A stretch of 64,000 nucleotides of DNA from an uncultured Verrucomicrobiae bacterium (GTDB lineage: Bacteria; Verrucomicrobiota; Verrucomicrobiia; Chthoniobacterales; JAATET01): assembly GCA_963719495.1 (NCBI GenBank), contig CAVRCI010000013.1, forward strand, positions 416,001 through 480,000, given 5' to 3'. The translations under genes and the position numbers were made by a program. Within the stretch, counting starts at the first letter, position 1, and the number at the start of each line of letters is the position of its first letter. Positions 19,435 through 28,420 of the stretch are shown here, one piece after another. The notes beneath the pieces were generated by a model, which saw nothing but the letters and a program-made list of their open reading frames with translations, was not told the DNA's origin and did not search any database.

Positions 19435-19515
19435 GGTGAAGGGTCAGTCCATACTTTTGACCTATCTCCCGAAAGGTGAAGGGTCAGTCCATACTTTTGA
19501 CCTATCTCCCGAAAG
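19435..19515 (+). repeat. Exact 40-bp tandem duplication containing RAYT repeat copy C
   Basis: ggtgaagggtcagtccatacttttgacctatctcccgaaa x2. Confidence 0.92.
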
Positions 19516-19527
19516 ATGCCGGGGATC

Positions 19528-20478
19528 TCACGATTCAATCTCGCGCTTTTTCCGCCGAGCTTGCAGGAGGTTGCGCACCGTCCGCCACGACCCCATTTTC
19601 AACTCCCGCGCGATCCAGTCGATCGTCATCGGCGTCTGCGCTCGAAGAACCTCGGCAATCCCTGCTTTGACCGGATGCCCCTTGTTCTCCCGATTCAAAC
19701 GGGCCTCGTCCCAACCCACTTTAGCGAGCTCGCCATCGATGAGAGTCTTTGCGCGAGCCTCATCGCTTTCACGACGCTCGCTAGCCACGTGATTCCGAGC
19801 CGACGGCTTCGCTCGGGAGATCCATTCATCGATTCGATCCCGAAAATCCTCCGCCCCGTAGCGCCATCCAGTCCGAATCTGACGCCATTCGCTCGACTCT
19901 CCATCCGCGCGCCTTGCCTCAATTCGAGCAGAAAACTCCCGCCGCCCCTGGCGATCATCTTTCTCAATTCCGTGCTCGCCGAGCAGACGCGTCACCCTCA
20001 ACCACGTCGGTCGCTGGTCAGGATTTGCCAAATACTTCGGAAAACTGCTCCACGAATACGAATCCAACCGCTCGTCATCGGGGATTAGCCCCGCACGATC
20101 TGGATTGAGATGCACGTAGTCGCAGACCACTCGTAGATAATGATCACTGCTTTCATCGACCAGGATCGATTTATACCTCCCGGCAAACAAATGCCCGCTC
20201 TGCTTGTGGCGAACGTTGAATCGGATGGTGTAGGTGCCCAGTAGCCACTTCATCCCAAGCACGAGATTCGGCTGTGGTGTCTCAACGACCAAATGAAAAT
20301 GATTCTGCATCAGGCAGTAGGCATCGACGATCCAGCCACACTTCTTGCAAGTCGTCGCCAGCGTCTCAATGAACTGCTCGCGATCCTTCTCATCCCAAAA
20401 AGTACTCTCCCTTCGATCTCCGCGGCTCATCAAATGATACCGCGCACCTCCGTATTCAACCCGCAATGGTCTCGCCAT
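19528..20478 (-). mobile_element. REP-associated tyrosine transposase (RAYT/TnpA-REP, IS200-like HUH) with C-terminal HTH
   Basis: MARPLRVEY.GARYHLMSRG, AYCLMQNHFHL (HUH), GHLFAGRYKS, YVHLNP, YSWSS. Flanked by inverted 21-bp repeats. Confidence 0.93.
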
Positions 20479-20508
20479 TCCCGATCATTTCCCACCGGAG
20501 TCAGACCT

Positions 20509-20555
20509 GTCAATAGTATGGACTGACCCCTCTAACTCTAACCTCTAACTGACCC
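20509..20555 (+). repeat. RAYT repeat copy D, inverted relative to C, with stuttered end
   Basis: gtcaatagtatggactgacccc followed by tctaactctaacctctaactgacccc. Confidence 0.9.
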
Positions 20556-20716
20556 CTCTACTCTCACATCTCCCCCCTGTCTGCCGGCACCCCAAAATGA
20601 GAACTGCTGCGTTGGCGCGGGACTTGAGTCGGATTACGCACCGAGGAAAGCGCCGTTGCAGGCTCGGAATCACGTTGCGAGTTGCGTAAAACAAAACTTT
20701 GCGATACGGTTTGGAG

Positions 20717-22165
20717 ATGGCTCGAGCTATCGCTATCGTTCTCGGGTTGCTCGTCGTTCCGCTGACAGCTCTGGACGCGATCTCCCAAACTGTTCCGGGC
20801 GTCTACGTGACGGAGGTCGGTCCCCCGCCGTCGGTCGTCGGATTGTCGACGTCGCAGACCGCCATCGTCGGGCGCTTCGCGAAGGGTCCCGTGAACGTAT
20901 CCGTAAACGTGACTTCAGCTGAGTTTCTGACGGAATTTGGTTCGGGCGGGAGTGCGGGCGAGTTGGCGACGTATCCGGCAGAGGTGCAGGCTAGGCTCTA
21001 TTTTGCCAACGGCGGGAGCGAACTTCAGGTCGTCCGGCTGCCTCCCAAGATGCCGCTGCCGGAAGCGCTGCTGGGCGAGGCGGAGAAGTTGACCGGACTC
21101 TACGCGCTGGAGCCGAGCAGTGATTTGCGGATCTTGCTGGCACCCGAGATCAGCACTCTTGGCGCGGTAAATTTTGCGACGGTGTTCCCGATTTACCTCC
21201 AGTTTGCCACGGAGCGCGGTGTGTTTTTCATCGTGGACCCGCCACCGACGGCGACCACGGTGGACGCGGCGATCGACTGGGCGAGCGCCTCGATCCCGGT
21301 CGATGCTGCGGCGTGTGCGGCGTATTTCCCATCTCTGTTGGTGACCTTTCCGGGACTGGACGTGCCGCACATCACCGCGCCAACGAGCGGGTCGATGGCC
21401 GGGATTTTTGTGACCAACGACGCGAACGTCGGCATCTGGAACCAACCGGCGGGAACGTCGCTGTCAACGAATGCGCTGGGAGTGACACTGACCTTGGACG
21501 CGGCAGACGGGGCGAGATTGAACGACGGGGCGATCAATTGGATCCGAGACATCGAGGGATTTGGGGTCGTCCCGTGGGGTTCCCGCACGCTGGACCGGTC
21601 GAATCTCGCAAACCGCGAAATCGGCGCCGTCCGTTTCCTGGGCTGGACGATGGCTTCGATCCAACGCTCTTTGGCCTTTGCCGCTTACGAAGAAAACGAT
21701 GTTGCGCTCTGGCTCGATATCCGCAGTTCGGTAAGCGCCTTCTTCAACGATCTCTGGCAGTCCGGAGCCTTGGAGGGGGAGACGGCGGAAGAATCCTACA
21801 CCGTGACCTGCGACGCAACCACAACGTCTCCGGCTGACGTCGCAGCCCACCGCGTGAATCTCGACTACGAACTCCAGTTGGACGGCCCGGTGAGCCGATC
21901 GCTGACGGCGATGACGCTGGACCCCGACGCGCCGGTGCCGCGACCGCAGGTTTATCTGATCGGATTCCCGTCGGTGCCTCGGCTGACCTTCGACACGGTG
22001 CCGGGATTTAAATACACGGTCGAAACCGACGAGGGGATGTCGACCGAAGAATGGGAACCCCTCGCCCCCGTCTTCTCCGGGTATGACGGCTGGCGGCACG
22101 TAACCATCCCCGCATTGGCAACGGCGGAGTTCTACCGAGTGCAAGTCGCAACTGGGAATCCCTGA
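20717..22165 (+). CDS. Contractile phage-tail/eCIS sheath homologue with signal peptide and extra C-terminal domain
   Basis: PGVYVTE, TAIVG..KGPVN, YFANGG..VVR, IVDPP, AAYFP, SGSMAG..ND..GIW..PAG, LN..IN.IR, WGSRTL, LW..IR, LWQSGALEG, Y.VTCD. Confidence 0.88.
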   Translation: MARAIAIVLGLLVVPLTALDAISQTVPGVYVTEVGPPPSVVGLSTSQTAIVGRFAKGPVNVSVNVTSAEFLTEFGSGGSAGELATYPAEVQARLYFANGGSELQVVRLPPKMPLPEALLGEAEKLTGLYALEPSSDLRILLAPEISTLGAVNFATVFPIYLQFATERGVFFIVDPPPTATTVDAAIDWASASIPVDAAACAAYFPSLLVTFPGLDVPHITAPTSGSMAGIFVTNDANVGIWNQPAGTSLSTNALGVTLTLDAADGARLNDGAINWIRDIEGFGVVPWGSRTLDRSNLANREIGAVRFLGWTMASIQRSLAFAAYEENDVALWLDIRSSVSAFFNDLWQSGALEGETAEESYTVTCDATTTSPADVAAHRVNLDYELQLDGPVSRSLTAMTLDPDAPVPRPQVYLIGFPSVPRLTFDTVPGFKYTVETDEGMSTEEWEPLAPVFSGYDGWRHVTIPALATAEFYRVQVATGNP

Positions 22166-22471
22166 CGACAAAATGCCATCACTCCGACGACCAGCGGAGC
22201 GATGACGGATTGTGCCGTCGGAGTACTGGGAATACTTAGTACTGGGACTACTGGGGGTGAGTGTGCAAAAGCAAATTTTTAGTTCTCAACATCTACGCTA
22301 CGCACCCACTTGACGAATTCTTCCGGCACCTTGCGCAATCTCGTCACTGCATCCGAAATTCCATGCTGCTGTCCGGCGTTTGCCGCGCTTTTCATTTCCA
22401 TTCGATCGCGATCCACCCGGCTAATGGGAAGCGCGCCTGTATCCCGAAGAGATTCTATCCTGTCACGCTGA

Positions 22472-22571
22472 TACAACCGTCTTCGGGGTTGGTTCTTTCG
22501 TTGGCTCCCATCCCAGGGTAGCCCGCGCGACGGGCAACCCTGAGCTGAACGATTCAACGCCGGTTGCGTTG
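22472..22571 (+). repeat. Degenerate palindromic repeat (caacc..ttcggggttg / cccagggtag..gcaaccctg type)
   Basis: Three adjacent imperfect hairpins. Confidence 0.55.
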
Positions 22572-22655
22572 GCGTTCCCTCGGTCGAATTCCCGACCAGC
22601 TTTCCATCACTCCCGCCATCGCGAGGGAGCGATTTTAAGCGTAAGAGAGAAGTGA

Positions 22656-23078
22656 TTACGCCGATAGATGCAGGAAGTTCAGGCCGGGGAAGCGGGTGAA
22701 GTCGGCGTCGAAGGAGACGAGGCGGCAACCGCCGGCGAGGGCGAAGGCGGCGAGGTAAGCGTCCGTCCAGAGGCGATGGGGAAAATGCGGGACGGTTGTC
22801 AGGTTGTAGAATTGGTTTTGAAGACCAGTGGGTTCATCCAGATAGAGATGATGGGGATGTTTCAAAAATTGGTGATAGATGTCCCAAATTTCCGGGTTGG
22901 ATAGCGGGCCATGTAAGACTCCCGGCACGGTGCCGATGCGCAGGAAACCCATCATGGTCACACGACAAAACGCCTTTTTGGTTCCCGGATTTTTCTCCCA
23001 ATAATCCACAGCGCCCGCGTGGAGGCTGTGATTTTCATCAATAACGGCGAGCCAAAGGTTGATGTCCGGCAAATCCAT
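22656..23078 (-). CDS. vapC: PIN-domain VapC toxin
   Basis: LPDINLWLA, WTDAYLAAFA, LVSFDADF.RFPGL. Confidence 0.92.
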   Translation of the reverse strand: MDLPDINLWLAVIDENHSLHAGAVDYWEKNPGTKKAFCRVTMMGFLRIGTVPGVLHGPLSNPEIWDIYHQFLKHPHHLYLDEPTGLQNQFYNLTTVPHFPHRLWTDAYLAAFALAGGCRLVSFDADFTRFPGLNFLHLSA

Positions 23079-23387
23079 TCAGGATTTCCTTTGGGATTCT
23101 TCGATCACCCGCCGATGTCCGGCGAGGTCTTCTTCCTCGAGCATGGCGAAGAGTTCCGCATTCGTCCGATAAGGAGTCGGAGGCGCGCCGGGTACGCGCT
23201 CAAAGGCTACGGGGAGCGGATATGGATTTTCAGGCGGAATCGCCCTTGCTGGCTGGTCCAGGGAACCCCGCAAACCGGCTTCGATGTAGGTCGCAAAAAG
23301 GTCTTTGAGCGTGACCCCTTGCTGGACGGCGCGGGTTTTCACTTTTTTGAAGAGCGCGTCCGGTAAATCAAGGGTCGTTCTCATCAT
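23079..23387 (-). CDS. vapB: VapB antitoxin (RHH)
   Basis: MRTTLDLPDALFKKVKTRA..GVTLKDL; abuts the vapC start. Confidence 0.88.
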   Translation of the reverse strand: MMRTTLDLPDALFKKVKTRAVQQGVTLKDLFATYIEAGLRGSLDQPARAIPPENPYPLPVAFERVPGAPPTPYRTNAELFAMLEEEDLAGHRRVIEESQRKS

Positions 23388-23460
23388 TGAGATGATAGCG
23401 TGAAAATGCGGAAATGGAAAGATGCGTTTACGCGAATAGGAGGCTGGAGCCGCCCGGGAA

Positions 23461-23496
23461 AGGGTCAAGGGCAAGGGTCAGTCCGTTCATTGGTTC
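23461..23496 (+). repeat. RAYT repeat copy E (inverted to B) with stuttered end
   Basis: agggtcaagggcaagggtcagtccgttcattggttc. Confidence 0.88.
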
Positions 23497-23659
23497 GGAA
23501 TCGCCCGCCCGAAGGACCCACAGATTCCGCAGCACGCCCTTTCGAACCAAGCCACGGCTTGACACCAAGGTCTATTTTTCTGTGGGCGTGAGCCGTTGAG
23601 CAGGAGGAGAGCTGGTTTTTGGTAAACAAAAAGAGCGAATGCCGATGGGATGGAGTGGG

Positions 23660-24700
23660 ATGAAAGACACCCCACCATCGAAGAAGCGGCAGAAGTTGGA
23701 AGCACGAGTGGCCACGGCGCAAGAAGTGGCCAGTTTTGACGAGAGTCTAAGGGAGCATCATTATTTGGGGGCGGGGCGGGCGGTGGGTGATAGCCGGCGG
23801 CTGATTGTGGAGATCGAAGGCCGGGCGGTGGCCCTGCTGGTGTGGGGACCGAGCTGCTACGCGCTCAAGGATCGGGATCTGTGGATTGGCTGGAGCGCGC
23901 CGCAGCGCGTGGAACGGCTCAAGTTGATCGTGCAGAACCGCCGCTTTCTGGTGCTCGCGGCCAAGGGCTAGGAGCCCAATCTGGCCAGCGCGGCGATGGG
24001 AGCGGCGTTGCGGGCCTTGCCAGGACAATGGCTGGAGCGCTTTGGCTACCGGCCACTTTTGGCGGAAAGTTTCACCGACCCGGAGAGCCACGCGGGCACC
24101 TGTTATCGTGGCCAGCAACTGGGCGGCGGTGGGAATGAGGGAGGGATACAGTCGGCACCGGGCGGATTTTTACATCCCCAACGAACGGCCCAAGAAATTC
24201 TGGCTGCGAGAGTTGGAGGTCGGTGACCGCGCGCGGCTGCGGGCCTGCGAGTTGCCGCCCGAGTGCCGGGGTGCGCTCATCGCCGCGCCGGGTGGACTGA
24301 CCCTCGCCCAGCACGAAGACGGCTCCCCCCAAGCCATCGCCGTCTACGACCAGAAAGAAGGCACCCAGCGCTGCGAGCAAAGCGCCGCCCTGGCCCTGCT
24401 CGAAAGCCTGCCCGCCTTGGGCGGAAAAATCGTCACCGCCGACCCCCTTCACTGCCAGAAGAAAACCGCTCGGGCCATCGTGGAAAAAAGCGGCGACTAC
24501 CTCTTCGGCATCGAAGGCAATCAACCCACCCTGCTGGCCCACGCCGAAGGCTTCGACGCCTTGGAGAGCCCCCCCTTTTAACCCACACCCAAGCCGGACG
24601 CGGCCGCATCGAAGTGCGTTCCCTCCACGCCTTCACCTTCGAAGCCACCACCGCCGACTTCCCCTTCGCCCCCACCCTCATTGTCCTGCGCTCCGAGCGA
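23660..24700 (+). pseudogene. Decayed DUF4338-ISAs1 family transposase
   Basis: HHYLG..RD.WIGW..NRRFL (DUF4338), TAG at 23969, frameshift ~24110, apparent internal deletion ~24290, then IVTADPLHCQKKTA..GDY..GNQPTL and GRIEVR (ISAs1 DDE). Confidence 0.85.
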
Positions 24701-24910
24701 TTCCAGACCGGGGAATTTGCCCTCCGGATGGACCTTTCGAAGCTATCATCGGACCGGCTCCGGATCCGCGTTCTGACTCGCGTCAGCATCGGGAGCAATC
24801 TCGCCGCGTCTGGCCGGTGGGCCGAACGCGTTGGATTGGTGGAATCGGATCGAACCGGAAAGCCCCAATCGAAGACGATTCCGAGTCATGGAGGGCGCGT
24901 CGCTCCTGAC

Positions 24911-25134
24911 TTATCCACACTCTTATGGATTAATTTTTTGGATGGGTCCGATTTCTTAATAATCTTAATGCTGTGAACAAGTCGGGAAAACCCTGTTCCC
25001 CACCCCAACCAAGCCTGTTCCACGGCCATTTTGCCATGTGAATGAATTTCGATCCATCCGTCGGGCTTGGGCAAAACCGAGGGTCGCGGCGGCTTTCGGC
25101 TCATTCGTTCAGACCGACTCCCGAGTTGTTCACA
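24911..25134. promoter_or_regulatory. Candidate oriC: DnaA-box cluster and AT-rich tract
   Basis: TTATCCACA 24911-24919, TGTGAACAA 24972-24980, TGTGAATGA 25037-25045, TTGTTCACA 25126-25134; AT-rich 24923-24969. Confidence 0.6.
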
Positions 25135-25161
25135 AACCATTCACCCGGCGGGAAGGTCACT

Positions 25162-25698
25162 CTACTTCACGTATTGCGCGACAATGAGGGTCGAGAAATT
25201 GGTGCTCATGACCTTCGTCTGTCCCTTGATCGCACTGGTCGTCTTGCCCTTGCTGGCCTTGATGCCGATGATCGTGGCCTGGCCGCCGGAGAGGGCGCCG
25301 GATGCCGAGTAGTTGAAGCGGCGGAACTTGCGCAGGCCGATGTCGACGCCTTCCTGGACCGCGATCTCGACGGTCACGTTCGATCCTGAGAACGAACCTG
25401 AGACGTCGGCGCGGGAATCGTCGATGCGGGTCGAATGGGCGAAGGAGGATCCCGGCGAGATCCCGATGCTCTGGGCGAAGACGACCTTGCCGCCGCGAAT
25501 GGCGGAATCCTTGGACTCGACGCTGTCGGAGTCGGTGATTTTGAAGAGGTCGGCTCCGGCGAAGGCGGTGGCCTGCTCGTTGGCGTCGCGGGCGTCGCCG
25601 TATTGAATGACCGCGATGTCGAGGCGTCCAGCGGAGGCGTTCGATGGAACGAGGGCGGCGGTGGCGAGGAGGAGGCAGCTGAGGAAGGAGATTCGCAT
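25162..25698 (-). CDS. Hypothetical secreted protein
   Basis: Signal peptide MRISFLSCLLLATAALVPSNASA; host-like codon usage. Confidence 0.75.
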   Translation of the reverse strand: MRISFLSCLLLATAALVPSNASAGRLDIAVIQYGDARDANEQATAFAGADLFKITDSDSVESKDSAIRGGKVVFAQSIGISPGSSFAHSTRIDDSRADVSGSFSGSNVTVEIAVQEGVDIGLRKFRRFNYSASGALSGGQATIIGIKASKGKTTSAIKGQTKVMSTNFSTLIVAQYVK

Positions 25699-25745
25699 GA
25701 GCAAAGGCTTTCCAGAAGGCTCCGAACCATGCAACTGAATTCCCC

Positions 25746-26612
25746 GTGCCATTCTCCCGCTTCGCCCAAGGCTTCGAAACCCGCACCGGCGATCGGTTCG
25801 ACTGGGGGGAATGGGTGCCGACGGGTGAGCCCGGGGCGATCGTGGTCGCGATGCACGGACTCGGCAGCCGATTGGAACACTTTGCGCCGCTTGGGGAGCG
25901 ATTGGAGGCGGTCGGAGTGGTCACGGCAGCCTGGAATCTGCGCGGTCAGGGTCTCGACCCGGTGGAGCGTCGGCGTGGAGCCAGCCTCGAAGTCGATCAG
26001 CTTCTGCGGGATCTGGATGATTTTTTAACGATCATTCGAGACGCGCATCCGGGGATTCCGATCTTCCTCGCGGGCGACAGCATGGGGGCTCAATTGGCGA
26101 TCCTGGCGGCGACGACGCGGGGCGAGTGGCTTGCCGGGACGTTGCTTTACGTCCCCGTCGTGGCGCTTCGGCAGCGGACCCCGGAATGGGTTCGTGCGTT
26201 GCTGGGAGGGGTCGGAGCGATCCTGCCCTGGCTGCGGCTCAGTCCGAAGTGGTTCGTCGATCGCGGACCGGAAACCATCCCGCTCACGAGGGTTCCCGAG
26301 CGGCAGCGGGAACTCGACGAAGCGCCCTATCGATTGCGGCAATTCTCGCTGAGGTTTCTGAGTGACATGGGCGAACTCATCGCCCGGACTGAGAAGGCGG
26401 GGCCCCGGATCGGGATTCCGGTAGCCGTCTTCTCGGTCGGTGTGGATCTCTTCATCAGCAGTGAACAGTCGGCAGCGTTCGTGGCGGATTTGGCTACGCA
26501 TTTGGCCACGCACTTCCATTACCCGGAGGCCTACCACGACCTCCTGCACGATCCCGATCGGGCGCAGGTGATCGATGACACGGTCGGATGGCTGGAGGCG
26601 CGGCTCGCGTAA
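25746..26612 (+). CDS. Alpha/beta hydrolase (lysophospholipase/monoacylglycerol lipase family)
   Basis: MHGLG, LRGQG, nucleophile GDSMG, YPEAYHDL. Confidence 0.88.
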   Translation: MPFSRFAQGFETRTGDRFDWGEWVPTGEPGAIVVAMHGLGSRLEHFAPLGERLEAVGVVTAAWNLRGQGLDPVERRRGASLEVDQLLRDLDDFLTIIRDAHPGIPIFLAGDSMGAQLAILAATTRGEWLAGTLLYVPVVALRQRTPEWVRALLGGVGAILPWLRLSPKWFVDRGPETIPLTRVPERQRELDEAPYRLRQFSLRFLSDMGELIARTEKAGPRIGIPVAVFSVGVDLFISSEQSAAFVADLATHLATHFHYPEAYHDLLHDPDRAQVIDDTVGWLEARLA

Positions 26613-26764
26613 GCGAGCTCATCGTCCAATGTTGTCAATCCGAGCGAAGCGAAGAGCCATCGGCTGCCTTTCATATCAATTCTAGAAAAAATCTGGCTTC
26701 TCACGCGAAGCCGCGTGGGCGCTAAGAATAAGATGGATGCGGGCCCCCGTCGCGTCTTCGCGCG

Positions 26765-26925
26765 AGTCTAAGCCTTGAAACGCGAATGGACAGGATCCAC
26801 AGGATTTTAAGGATTGAAATGCAGTCACTTCCAGAAAATTGCCCATTCTCTCAGTGAGTGAGGGATTCGATAGGCCCCACCCCCTCTTCATCATCCTGTT
26901 AATCTCGTAAATTCTGTCTCAATTT
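26765..26925 (+). repeat. ~160-bp MITE-like element (homologous copy 37093-37251)
   Basis: Shared left end agtctaa..gaatggaca..aaggattgaa..cagtcacttc and right end ctgttaatct..taaat.ctgtctcaattt; different cores. Confidence 0.7.
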
Positions 26926-27076
26926 CCTTTTCAATCTAAGTATTTACTGGAGCCGGTTTCACCGCATTCTGGCGATAGGTAAGGTGAAAAAGTGTAAATT
27001 TGAGATTCTTCGCTTCACTCAGAATGACAAATGGGGGACACGCTTCGCGGCTTGGCCCACCGCGCCGCCAACGCCG

Positions 27077-28414
27077 CTACAGCAACAACGGAGCCGGCGC
27101 CCGATAGACCGATCGCCCGCGCACGAACGTCTCGGCAACCGTCGCCGCCGACCCGCGATACACGAGCAGCGTGATGATTTCCTCGGCGGAAAGATCCGCG
27201 TGCGAATTCCCCCGCCGTCCGTAGGGCAACGCCTGGGTCAGATCCAGGACGACGAGGTCGGCTTCCTTGCCGATTTCGATCGAGCCAATTTCGTCGGCCT
27301 TTCCCAGAGCCGAGGCTCCGCCGAGCGTGGCCAAATAAAACAACTCCGCTTCCGTCGGCACCCGCGTTCCCTCCTCGAAAAACGAACGCGCCTTCTGCCC
27401 TTCGATGGACGTACGCATCACCTGCCAGAGATTCAGCTCCGGCCCTCCGGCGACGTCGCTACCGAGTCCAACCCGCGCGCCGGCGTCGAGGAACTTGCCC
27501 AGCGGCATGATGCCGCTGTTGAGGAAGAAATTCGAAGTTGGGCAATGCGCGATCACGGACCGTGAACGCACGAGAATTGCGAGCTCATCGTCGGAAACGT
27601 GGATGCAATGGCCGAACACCGAACGTTCGCCGAGCAGGCCGCACCGCTCGTAGACGCCCGTGTAGTGGGGGTCTTCGGGGAATTTCCCGCGCACGACCGC
27701 AATCTCGCCGTGGTTTTCGGAGAGGTGGGTCTGAACGTAGGCGGTGTATTTTTCCGCCAGCCGACCGGCCGCAATCATCATATCACTCGTGCACGTGACG
27801 GCGAAGCGGGGGCTGAACGCGTATCCCAACCGCCCCTCGTCGTGGCCGTGCCACTTGCGGCAAAGGCGTTCGCTTTGCTGAAGCGACAACGGGAGGATTT
27901 GGTCGGCGGGAAGGTTCCCGTAGCTGCCATCGTCCATCATGACCTTGCCCAGGATCACGCGCAGACCGCTGGCGGCGGCGGCTTCGAAAGCGGCGTCGCA
28001 GCTTTCCTCGTAAATCGTCGCGTAGAGCATCGCGGTGGTCGTTCCGTGGCGCGCAAGGGCATCGAAGAACAACGGCGCCTCGTCGCGCGCGGTCGCGGCG
28101 TTGAATTCCCGCTCGAGCGGGAAGACGTGGCGCCGCAACCAGGGAAGAAGCGCGGACTCGACCCGGGCGACGGCGGGAAACTGCGGGAGGTGCGCGTGGA
28201 CGTCGATCAAGCCCGGGATGATGACGGCTTCGGGCGATTGCGAAAATTGCAGGCCCTCCGCTTCGGGCGCGCGCCGCACGTCGGCGTAGGGTCCGGCCCG
28301 CGCGATGCGACCGTCTTCGATGATGACCGCACCGTCACGCACACCCCGAATCGACCCCGGCGTCGGGGCATCGATCAGGTAACCGCGCAGGCCTTTGAGA
28401 GGATTTTTCGTCAT
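27077..28414 (-). CDS. guaD: Guanine deaminase
   Basis: PGLIDVHAHLPQ, LLPWL...FPLE, SPRFA, QTHLSEN..E, HCPTSNFFLNSG, GLGSDVAGG. Confidence 0.93.
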   Translation of the reverse strand: MTKNPLKGLRGYLIDAPTPGSIRGVRDGAVIIEDGRIARAGPYADVRRAPEAEGLQFSQSPEAVIIPGLIDVHAHLPQFPAVARVESALLPWLRRHVFPLEREFNAATARDEAPLFFDALARHGTTTAMLYATIYEESCDAAFEAAAASGLRVILGKVMMDDGSYGNLPADQILPLSLQQSERLCRKWHGHDEGRLGYAFSPRFAVTCTSDMMIAAGRLAEKYTAYVQTHLSENHGEIAVVRGKFPEDPHYTGVYERCGLLGERSVFGHCIHVSDDELAILVRSRSVIAHCPTSNFFLNSGIMPLGKFLDAGARVGLGSDVAGGPELNLWQVMRTSIEGQKARSFFEEGTRVPTEAELFYLATLGGASALGKADEIGSIEIGKEADLVVLDLTQALPYGRRGNSHADLSAEEIITLLVYRGSAATVAETFVRGRSVYRAPAPLLL

Positions 28415-28420
28415 GGGTGC

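Noticed and set aside
19435..19515. Possible CRISPR array
   Set aside because: Two abutting identical units with no spacers and no cas genes; a tandem duplication of a RAYT repeat.
20717..22165. Prophage or intact T6SS/eCIS locus
   Set aside because: Only a sheath homologue is present; no integrase, capsid, tube, baseplate or spike genes were recognised.
22170..22470. Small ORFs between the sheath gene and vapC as a tube or chaperone
   Set aside because: No tube motifs, atypical composition, and overlap with repeats.
23660..24290. Druantia DruA anti-phage system
   Set aside because: The DUF4338 domain is broken, joined to an ISAs1 transposase remnant, and has no partner Dru genes.
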